Positions 50,018-58,600 of a stretch of 64,000 bases of DNA are shown piece after piece (the first letter of the stretch is position 1; the number at the start of each line of letters is the position of its first letter). The notes beneath the pieces are model-generated. The model searched no databases. It had not been told where the DNA came from and was given only the letters and a program-made list of their open reading frames with translations. The DNA is from Myxococcota bacterium (lineage in GTDB: Bacteria > Myxococcota_A > UBA9160 > SZUA-336): the NCBI GenBank assembly GCA_965247115.1, contig CBDFGR010000001.1, positions 224,001 through 288,000 of the forward strand. The letters are read 5' to 3'. Position numbers and translations under genes: made by a program.

Positions 50018-50799
50018 GACTGCGCCCCCGCCTCTCCCTCCTACTCCTCGCTGGTTCTCTCGCCGGGACCGCATGCTTCGTCTCGTCAACGGCCGTGGAC
50101 TCCGTCGCGAAGGAGATCATCATCTTCGTGGACTTCTCGGAGAGCATCCGGGGCGAGAACATGTCTTTGATCCAGCAGGACTTCGCGGAGCTCATCCTCC
50201 CTTCTCTCGGGCCTGGCGATCGCATCCTGGTGGCCCCGATCAATGAGAGGACCCTCACGAGCTTTCACCCGCTGATCGATGCGACCCTCCCGGCGAAGCC
50301 CGCGTTCAACGGCTGGGCGGACAACACCCTGGCCTACAACAAGGAGGTGAAGGTCGTCGAGGAGGAGGTTGCGCGCGTTCGCGAGCAGCTGTCCACGCAG
50401 GTGCCCGAAGCGTTGGCCCAAGGAGGCTCCAGCCTGAAGACCGACATCTTCAGCTCGCTCCTGATGGCCGAGAAGCTTTTCGAGGACGAGCCGACCCGAA
50501 AGGTCCTGATCCTCATGTCCGACATGATCGTCGACTACCCGCCCTATCGCTTCGACAAGATCGCTTGGACCCCCGAGAAGAACAAGGAGCTGCTCCGCGA
50601 GCTTGTCGAGAAGGGCATGATGCCCGACCTCTCCGGCGTGTGCGTCTACGTGTCCGGAGCCTCCGCCGGAACCGCAGAGCTGGCCGGCCAGATCAGCGCC
50701 TTTTGGCACGCTTTCTTTACGCTCAGCAACGCGAACCTCGACTCGAGCCGCTACGCCCATGTGCTCCTGCACTGGCCTCCGCCCGAGGCCTGCAGCTAG
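50014..50799 (+). CDS. Exported vWA-like (MIDAS) protein, possible lipoprotein
   Basis: GTGA overlap; signal ending ..GTAC; IIIFVDFSES (DxSxS), KTDI, LILMSDM. Confidence 0.75.
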   Translation: MRLRPRLSLLLLAGSLAGTACFVSSTAVDSVAKEIIIFVDFSESIRGENMSLIQQDFAELILPSLGPGDRILVAPINERTLTSFHPLIDATLPAKPAFNGWADNTLAYNKEVKVVEEEVARVREQLSTQVPEALAQGGSSLKTDIFSSLLMAEKLFEDEPTRKVLILMSDMIVDYPPYRFDKIAWTPEKNKELLRELVEKGMMPDLSGVCVYVSGASAGTAELAGQISAFWHAFFTLSNANLDSSRYAHVLLHWPPPEACS

Positions 50800-51527
50800 G
50801 GCGCCAGCCCCGTCCCCAGACGAGCCAGGTAGCTGCGGATCCGAGCGGCGTTCTTTCCGACGTCGCTCTGCCCGACTCGCGACAGCGAACGCACGTCGAC
50901 CCTGCTCCCGGACGCGCTGGCTGCCACTCGGATCACCACGTCGTCTACGAAACCAAACCAGAACGTGGTGTCCGAGGCCTCGACTCGACCCTCGCCTTCG
51001 CTCGCGTCGACGATCGTCCAGCCCATCGCCTCGGCCGCGCCAAGGGCCGCCTCGAAGACTCGCCCCGGCTCCAGGTCGTAGCTGGCGGTAGCGATATCTG
51101 GATAGGCCTCTAACTGCTGCGCCGCGAGCTCCGCTCCGCCGTACTCCGCAGAGTTCGGTGCGTCCGCCCGCAGCGGCAGGATCGCGACGAAGGCCGGGGG
51201 GTCGGCCGTATCCGTGGTGATGTCGTGTATCGGCGGCACCGCCCGGGCCACCCGCAGGTAGCCTAGAGGAACGGTGAACGCGGGCACGGCAAGCACTACT
51301 CCGAGCAGCCCCAAGAGCCCAGTGCGTCTCCTTTTCCCTGCCACCCCACCAACCCCGCCGATCGCCGAGACGACGGCCGCTCCAATCGCACCGTACACGG
51401 CCCAGCGGAGCACGACAAAGCTCGATCCCAGTCCCCAGAGGCCCAGCTGGTATCCAACCCCGGAGAACGCTGCGGTGAACGCACTGAAGACGGCCACAGC
51501 GAGACCGAGCATCGCGACATGTCTCAT
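50796..51527 (-). CDS. DUF1499 domain protein
   Basis: PPIHDITTD, FGFVDDVVIRV, RVDVRSLSRVGQSDVGKNAARI. Confidence 0.9.
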   Translation of the reverse strand: MRHVAMLGLAVAVFSAFTAAFSGVGYQLGLWGLGSSFVVLRWAVYGAIGAAVVSAIGGVGGVAGKRRRTGLLGLLGVVLAVPAFTVPLGYLRVARAVPPIHDITTDTADPPAFVAILPLRADAPNSAEYGGAELAAQQLEAYPDIATASYDLEPGRVFEAALGAAEAMGWTIVDASEGEGRVEASDTTFWFGFVDDVVIRVAASASGSRVDVRSLSRVGQSDVGKNAARIRSYLARLGTGLAP

Positions 51528-51554
51528 AGCGGCGATTCTATCCGCTGGGCAGAA

Positions 51555-51582
51555 TTGACAGATCCGCCAGCCCAGATAGACT
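51555..51582 (+). promoter_or_regulatory. Sigma70-type promoter of tRNA-fMet
   Basis: TTGACA-N16-TAGACT, 15 bp before the tRNA. Confidence 0.7.
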
Positions 51583-51593
51583 CGCCGGTCGCC

Positions 51594-51674
<81 letters not shown>

Positions 51675-51678
51675 TGTA

Positions 51679-51709
51679 AGCCCCCGGAATCATTTAGATT
51701 CCGGGGGCT
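51679..51709 (+). terminator. 13-bp hairpin after tRNA-fMet (terminator or att-associated)
   Basis: AGCCCCCGGAATC-ATTTA-GATTCCGGGGGCT; lacks a clear U-tract. Confidence 0.6.
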
Positions 51710-51791
51710 CTCCGCGGCTCCGCAAAGAGTGGGTCTTGGGAGTTCGTTGGGACTTTTGGTTGGAGGTCGACCCCAGGAGGATCAGTCGCGA

Positions 51792-52657
51792 ATGGCACGT
51801 CGGAAGGCACCAGGACCGCCACCGATCGAAATGCGCCAGTTTACGGAGCCCGAGCTGGTCGACGGAATCCGTAAACTCCGGCGGCGTATCGCCCAAGTCC
51901 AAGGACTCGACCCCGAAGCGATCAGCTTTGACGACGCACGGGTACACACCGTCGAGTCGAATGTCCACGTAACGATCAGAGAGGTCTTTGGCTCGAACTC
52001 GCCCGAGTTCGATGAGCACCAGTACACCACATCTGGCACGGTGGTATCAACGTGATGGATGACAACTACGTCCGGCAGGGCAAGTTTGCGGAAGGCATTC
52101 CTCAAACAGTCGCGATGCTCGAAGGCTTGGTGGAAAGGCTTGAAGAGAAGAGGAGCGATCTCGCAGATGACCGACCATTCTGGACCTCGGGCGGGCTGGA
52201 GCCGGTGACGGATTCAAGGCGTGTTTTCCTCGTTCACGGGCATGATGAAGCAGCGCGCGAGAGCGTTGCTCGGCTGCTTGAGAAGTTGGATCTGGAAGTC
52301 GTCATACTCCACGAGAAGGCGAACTCTGGCGGGACTCTGATCGAGAAGTTTGAGAAGAACGCCGACGTTGCCTTTGCCGTAGTACTCCTGACGCCGGACG
52401 ACTTCGATCGCGCTCAGGGAGAACCCGCTGAGGTCGAGGAGCATCGCGCGCGCCAGAATGTGATTTTGGAGCTCGGTTACTTCATTGGTAGGCTCGGCCG
52501 CAACCGGGTTTGTCCGCTCTATAAAGAAGGCGTTGTGCTTCCAGGCGATTTCGCCGGAGTGACCTACGTTCCGCTCGACGATAGCGGGGGATGGCAGCTC
52601 AAGTTGGCGAGGGAGCTACGCGAAGCGGGCCTAGACGTAGACCTCAATCGGATCTAG
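51792..52657 (+). pseudogene. TIR-like nucleotide-binding domain protein (CAP12/Pycsar-effector-type TIR), frameshifted near 52025
   Basis: AGGAGG RBS; VFLVHGHD, TLIEKFE, FAVVLLTPDD, RARQNVILELGYF; N- and C-parts in different frames. Confidence 0.82.
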
Positions 52658-53184
52658 AGCGAGGAAGCTCTCAGCGCTGTCTCAACTGCTGACAGTAGGT
52701 CGGCCGGCACGTCTGCTTTGCCGAGGTCTAACGGCTGCCTGTACGCTGAGCCACCGGCCCATTTGGCATAGTGCCTCGCCGTCACCGCAACGTCAGCGTG
52801 ACCGAGCTGCTGCGAGACGTAGCCGAGCTGTACCCCGACCGTGAGCAGCTGGCTCGCGAATGTGTCGCGGAGATCCTTCGGCCGTCGCCTCCCGATTCCC
52901 GCAGCCTTGCAGACGTGAGTGAAGTGGCGACTCCGGTAGTTCGAGGAGTCGGCATCGAGCACGACGATCTCGTCGGGTCCGGGGCGCCCGGCCTCGAGAT
53001 ATCGCTTCTGGAGGAGCTGGCGCAACCGCCGTGACAGCGCCACCGCCCGCGATCGCCCGCTCTTCGTCGTGCCTTCGTGGCGACCTCGTGCCTTCGTCGT
53101 CGCGATCGTGAGTCCCCGCGAAGTATCGGAGGCATCCCGCCCCCACCAGACGTCGCCCCACCGAAGCCCGAGCGCTTCGCCTAG
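52654..53184 (-). pseudogene. Tyrosine integrase A, C-terminal fragment truncated by IS
   Basis: LGEALGLRWGDV, TKSG, KDLRDTFAS, QQLGHAD..TARHY; first catalytic Arg lost at the IS junction. Confidence 0.88.
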
Positions 53185-54459
53185 CAGGCTGCTGAAAAAC
53201 TCCTCATCGAAGGGTACCTTGGGAGCGAGCCCCAAAGGGGGAGGCGTGAGAGGACAGGGGACGCTTCAGGGCGGGATGTTCAGCTACGTGTCGCTGGAGT
53301 CGCGGATTCCGGATGATCATCCGCTTCGAGCGATGCGGCGCATGGTCGACACGGCGCTGCAGCGGCTATCGCCGCGCTTCGACGCGATCTACGCCAGAGG
53401 CGTAGGGCGCCCGTCCGTGCCCCCGGAGCAGCTGCTGCGCGCCCTGCTGCTGCAGGTGCTCTACACCATCCGGAGCGAGCGGCAGCTGGTGGAGCAGCTG
53501 GAGTACAACCTGCTGTATCGCTGGTTCGTGGGTCTGGAGCTTGACGAGGTGGTGTTCAGCGCCACGGTGTTCACGAAGAACCGAGACCGGCTGCTCAAGG
53601 GCGAGATTGCCGAGCACTTCTTCGACGCAGTGCTGGAGCAGGCCGAGACCGAGGGATGGGTGTCGTTGGAGCACTTCACGGTAGACGGGACGCTGATCGA
53701 GGCGTGGGCGAGCCAGAAGAGCTTCGTACGGAAGGACGAGGAACGGAGAGACGACGATGACCCGGGCAACCCGACGGTGAACTTCCGAGGCGAGAAGCGG
53801 AGCAACCAGACGCATGCGTCGACGACGGATCCCGACGCACGACTCGCCGGTATGAGAGGCCAAGGCGCCCGACTCGCGTACCAGGGACACGTGGTGACGG
53901 AGAACCGGAACGGCTTGGTGGTCGCGGCGAAGCTCACGCAGGCGTCGGGATATGCGGAGCGCGAAGCGGCGCTCGAGATGGTGGAAGGTCTGGGAGGCGG
54001 GCGTCGGAGGACATTGGGCGGAGACAAGGGCTTCGACACGAAGGGGTTCGTGGAAGAGCTTCGAGAGTTGGGCGTGACCCCACACGTGGCGCAGAACACG
54101 ACGAATCGACGCAGCGCGATCGACGGGCGGACGACGCGCCACCGGGGCTACGAACTGAGTCAGCGTTTTCGCAAACGGGTGGAAGAGGTCTTCGGCTGGA
54201 TGAAGACCGTGGGGCTGATGCGCAAGACCCGACACCGCGGCACGGATCGGGTCGGCTGGGTCTTCACCTTCACGGCCGCAGCCTACAACCTGATCCGGAT
54301 CCGCAAGCTGCTGGAGGCCACGTAGGTCATGTGCGAAACCGCCCCGCGATCAGCGGAGCCCAAGACCGGTTCGAACCGGGAATCGCGCCCCGCCCCTCGG
54401 CCGGTGAACCCCCTCGTCGGAAGGACCACCCCTCAACCAGTCACTTTCTCCGCAGCCTG
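53185..54459 (+). mobile_element. IS5-family insertion sequence (1275 bp), flanked by CTAG
   Basis: Terminal IRs CAGGCTGCTGAAAAA / TTTCTCCGCAGCCTG; CTAG at 53181-53184 and 54460-54463. Confidence 0.93.
53246..54325 (+). CDS. IS5-family DDE transposase
   Basis: FSYVSLESRIPDDHPLR, GRPSVPPE, VDGTLIEAWAS, GGDKGFD, RKRVEEVFGW. Confidence 0.95.
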   Translation: MRGQGTLQGGMFSYVSLESRIPDDHPLRAMRRMVDTALQRLSPRFDAIYARGVGRPSVPPEQLLRALLLQVLYTIRSERQLVEQLEYNLLYRWFVGLELDEVVFSATVFTKNRDRLLKGEIAEHFFDAVLEQAETEGWVSLEHFTVDGTLIEAWASQKSFVRKDEERRDDDDPGNPTVNFRGEKRSNQTHASTTDPDARLAGMRGQGARLAYQGHVVTENRNGLVVAAKLTQASGYAEREAALEMVEGLGGGRRRTLGGDKGFDTKGFVEELRELGVTPHVAQNTTNRRSAIDGRTTRHRGYELSQRFRKRVEEVFGWMKTVGLMRKTRHRGTDRVGWVFTFTAAAYNLIRIRKLLEAT

Positions 54460-54972
54460 CTAGGCGCGGTCGAGCTACTGATCCGACCAGGAGAGATCCG
54501 CGCACTCAACGTCGCCGATTACAGAGACGGGAAGATCACCGTCGCGCACGCGATCAAGGGACCGAACGCGGATTCTCCCAGACGGGGGACCAAGACTGGC
54601 GAGTACCGCGTGCTCCCGGTGAGCGACCGCCTCGCGGAGTGGCTCGAGCGCCATGTACCGCGTGACCCGGCGAACCTGCAGGCGCCGCTCTTCATGAACG
54701 ATCGCGCGAACCGCGCCCAGAACCCGGAGGGTCGCTGGCTGGCGAATGCAGTCTGGGCTGAGTGGAAGCGTGCGGTGAGCGCAGCGGGCCTACCGGACGT
54801 CAAGATGTACGAGGGCACGAAGCACTCGACCGCGACAGCGCTGAGGCGCGCTGGAGTGCCCCTGGACGTGATCCAGCAGGCGGCTGGGCATAAGGACAGG
54901 CGCTCAACCGAGAGATACGCGAAGCTGGCTGAGGAGGGAGTGGTAGAAGCGCTCAGGCGGCTGAGGCCATGA
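54460..54972 (+). pseudogene. Tyrosine integrase B, C-terminal fragment truncated by IS
   Basis: LIRPGEIRAL, TKTG, YEGTKHS, AGHKD..STERY; ends 65 bp from the tRNA-Leu 3' end. Confidence 0.85.
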
Positions 54973-55037
54973 AATTCTGTCGACGCGGTTGCGACGATTT
55001 CGTATGTCCTCATAACTATGCGATTATGCAGAGCTTT

Positions 55038-55364
55038 TGGTGCCCGGGGCGGGATTTGAACCCGCATGGGGCTTTCGCCCCGAAGGATTTTACGCTTTCC
55101 CCGACGGTTTCCCGTCGGCGCGGACTATCTCTTCACCCACGTGGGGTGCCGGGCGCTCGTCGGCGGGGATTATTGTTGGGACTCACCCCGCTAGTCTCTG
55201 CACCTTCCGCGGAACCTCTGCCCTCCGCGGCTTGGCTCAGGATTACCATGGCCGGAACACCCGGCTGTAGGCTTCCCTGAATTCACCCGGTTTCTTACCC
55301 GCGCGTTGCCGCGCGGGAGACCCGTCCTCGAGTCCTCTGTGTCTGCCAGTTCCACCACCCGGGC
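55038..55364 (-). tRNA. tRNA-Leu(UAA), intron-containing (exons 55364-55331 and 55092-55038)
   Basis: Spliced product: GCCCGGG acceptor, GAGGA-CT|TAA AA-TCCTT anticodon arm, long variable arm GGGGCGAAAGCCCC, GGTTCAAATCC, ACCA. Confidence 0.93.
55093..55330 (-). ncRNA. Group I self-splicing intron (238 nt, tRNA/IC3-like)
   Basis: P GAATTCAGGGAA, Q AATCCTGAGCCAAG, R TGCAGAGACTAG, S AAGAGATAGTCC; 5' exon ends in U, intron ends in G; GNRA-capped P2 and P9. Confidence 0.92.
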
Positions 55365-55608
55365 ACACATAGGGACTATACGGCCTCGCGAAGCCCCGTG
55401 CCCCTTCCGAGATCTGAACTTGGCCGGTAGACCTGCGCGGCGAATGCTGGCCGCTCGCCGCCCGGATGCACGCTCTCGGGGTTGAGTTGCGCGCTCTCGG
55501 AGTGCCTTCTCCCCAGCACGCGACGCATGCGCAGCTAGCGGACAGAAGGTTCAAGATCCGCCGGGCGCCGGACGATGACCTCTGCATGAAGGTCTCGTTG
55601 GCTACAGC

Positions 55609-58600
55609 GTGACCGTGCTACCCCCCTGGCACGGCTTTGCCCGCATTGCGGGATCGCGCGCTTTCGCCGCACTCCTCGTGCTGCTGCTCTGCGCGGTCGC
55701 GCTGGACGCGAACGCCGCGGACGGAGACTTCATCATCGTTCGCGAGGCCACCGCGGGTGACGGGATCACCACCGAGAATTCGTGGGCCACGCTCGACTGG
55801 GACACCACGGTCAAGGACGAGGGCGCCGCGCGCCCCACCCTCTCCGGTGGGAACCAGATCCTCCTCGACGCGGGTCACCATCTCATCCTTTACTCGGTCA
55901 AGGCCACCCAAGCCAGCGGCGCCAACGACCGCACGGCGTGGGCGAACCGGCTCCAGCTGGCGGGCGGGACGCTCGCCTACGGCTACGGCTTCGCGTACAT
56001 GCGCGACAACGAAGGCGCCCAGGGCGCGGCCTCGTTCGGCGGGGCGATCATCGACGTGGCGACAGATGATGACGCCCTCACGCTGCAGTGGGCGCGCCAG
56101 GACAGTAACTCCGGCAGCAGCGTCACGCGCGATGCGAACGCCAGCGGCCTGCAGGTGCTCAAGCTCGCCGACTCGCTCGACTACCTGCGCATCCGGGAGG
56201 TCGGCGGCGGCCAGGACTTCAACACGACGACGTTCACCTCGGTCGACTGGGACACCTCGGACGAGACCGACACAGGCAGCTTCGGGTTCACACCCAGCTC
56301 GACGAATATCACCCTCAAGGGCCCAAGCGGCACTCTGTTTCTCACCTTTGCCAACGTCGGACTGACTGGCACCAGCGTCCGAAAGAACACCGAGCTCGCG
56401 TTCTTCCTGGACGGCTCCGAGCTCGCCGGGAGCCGCACCACAGCCTACGACCGCGGCAGCGGCAACATCAACGAGGCCTGGCTGAGCGGGGCATTCCTGA
56501 TCGCGAAGACCAGCGCTTCCGACCAGACCCTGACGGTTCGCGCCCGCCGGGAGGACACGAACGCGGGCGCGATCACGGTCCGGGGGGGAGAGACGGGCCT
56601 CACGATCGTGGCGCTGCCAGCCGACGCGGAGGCGATCCGGCTCACGCATAGCGCGGTCCAGGACTTGAACACGGCCGGACCCGACACGTTCCCCTGGGAC
56701 ACGGAGGACCAGGAGGACGCCGCGGCGTTCACTCACGATCCGGTGACGAACAACAGCCGCATCGCGGTCGACGTTGCTGACGACTATCTGTTCTTCGCGC
56801 AAGCCTACGCGGAGAACAACGGGGTCTCGCGCGTCAGGCCTTTGATACGGCTCCGCAAGAACGGCGGCTCCGACCTTCCCTACGCCATGGGCATGGGGTA
56901 CGGGCGAAACTCGGAAGGGTCCGTGAACGCAGGCGTGTGGGTCGGAACGATCGCGGAGGACCTGGTCGCGAACGACTATTTCGAGGCCACCCACACCCGC
57001 GGCGCCACGAACACGGGCGCCTTCAACAGCGACCAGCTCTACTTCTGGGGCCTCAGAATCGGGAGCCTGAGCGGGGGCGGAGACTGGTATGCGTCCGCCT
57101 GGCCGTACCGCAAGACGATCACGATCGACTCCGCGCAGGTGCCATCGGATCAGACGAACTTCCCCGTCCTCATCTCCTTAGGCGACTCGCACATCGGAGC
57201 GAACGCGCGCGCGGACGGCTTCGACCTGCTCTTCACCGACACCGACGGCGTGACCAAGCTCGATCACGAGATCGAGACGTACACCACAGCCGATGGCACA
57301 GTCGTCGCGTGGGTCCGAGTCCCGCTGCTCACGAGCGCGACCGACAAGGTGATCCATCTCTACTACGGGAACTCCGGGGCTTCGGACCAGCAGAACGCCG
57401 CCGGTGTCTGGGACTCCGACTACGTGGGCGTGTGGCACCTGAAAGAGGATCCGGGACCCGGGAGCCCGGGCGACATCAAGGACTCCACCGGCAACGCCTT
57501 TCACGGCACCACCATCGACCCGATGACTTCCGGGGATCAGGGCCCCGGCCAGATCAACGGCAGCATCGACTTCACGGCAACCGGGGACGAGATCATCGGC
57601 CCCACGAATGCAGCACTCGATCTGATCGCGACGGACTTCACGATCTCCGCGTGGGCGCTGAATCCCGTCAGCTCATGGAAGACGATCGTGGCCAACGCCC
57701 AGGGCGACACGAATGGCTGGAGCTTCCGGACCAGCGCCTCCGGCCAGATCGAGCTGGTGCTCGGGAACGGCAGCTCCGGGACGTACACAACCGGGACCAC
57801 GACCGCCCCGGCCGGGTGGGTCCACATGACGGCCACCTTCGTCGATTCGTCGAACACGGTGAGCTTCTTCCTGAACGGTGCCGCGGACGGCACGGACACC
57901 TTCACGAGCACGCTCACGGCCTCTGACTACCTGGCCATCGGCCGGCGACCGACCGGTGGCAACTCTTACGACAACTGGCTCGACGAGGTCCGCATCTCCA
58001 AGAAGTCGCGCTCCGCGGACTGGATCCAGACCGAGTACAACAACCAGAGCAATGCTGGCATTGGCGGCTTCCTCTCCGGTGTCGGCGACTCCGAGACGGA
58101 GGACTCCTGGTACGACGCGGACTGGCAGCGCCGCAAGAAGATCACGATCGACTCCACCCAGGTCATCGCGGATGAGACGAACTTCCCCGTCCTGATCTCC
58201 TTTACCGATGGCCAGGTCGGCGCCAGCTCGCGGGCCGACGGGTTCGACCTTCTCTTCACCGATACCGACGGGATCACGAAGCTCGACCACGAGATCGAGA
58301 CGTTCACCACGCCCGCCGGCACCCTCGTTGCGTGGGTCCGGATCCCGCTGCTCACGAGCTCCGTCGACAAGGTGATCTACCTCTACTACGGGAACTCCGG
58401 GGCCGCGGATCAGCAGAACGCCTCCGACGTCTGGGACACCAGCTACATTGGCGTCTGGCACCTGAAGGAGGATCCTGCAGGTGGAGCACCGCAGGCCAAA
58501 GACAGCACCACAAGTGCGAAGCACGGCACGTCTGCCGGTGGGATGACCAGCGGAGACCAGATCCCGGGCGCCATCAACGGGAGTCTCGACTTCGACGCGG

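Noticed and set aside
54331..54459. IS-derived N-terminal extensions of the integrase ORFs (also 53185-53235) and the 53069 start of the transposase
   Set aside because: Chance open frames across IS ends; no integrase-like sequence in them
53181..54463. Simple IS insertion with CTAG target duplication into one integrase
   Set aside because: The two flanks encode C-termini of different integrases on opposite strands, so the CTAGs derive from two separate sites
55320..55364. Reading the tRNA 5' half as tRNA-Ser(CGA) or a pseudo-tRNA
   Set aside because: CT-CGA-GG does not close an anticodon stem; removing the group I intron gives a canonical Leu(UAA) cloverleaf
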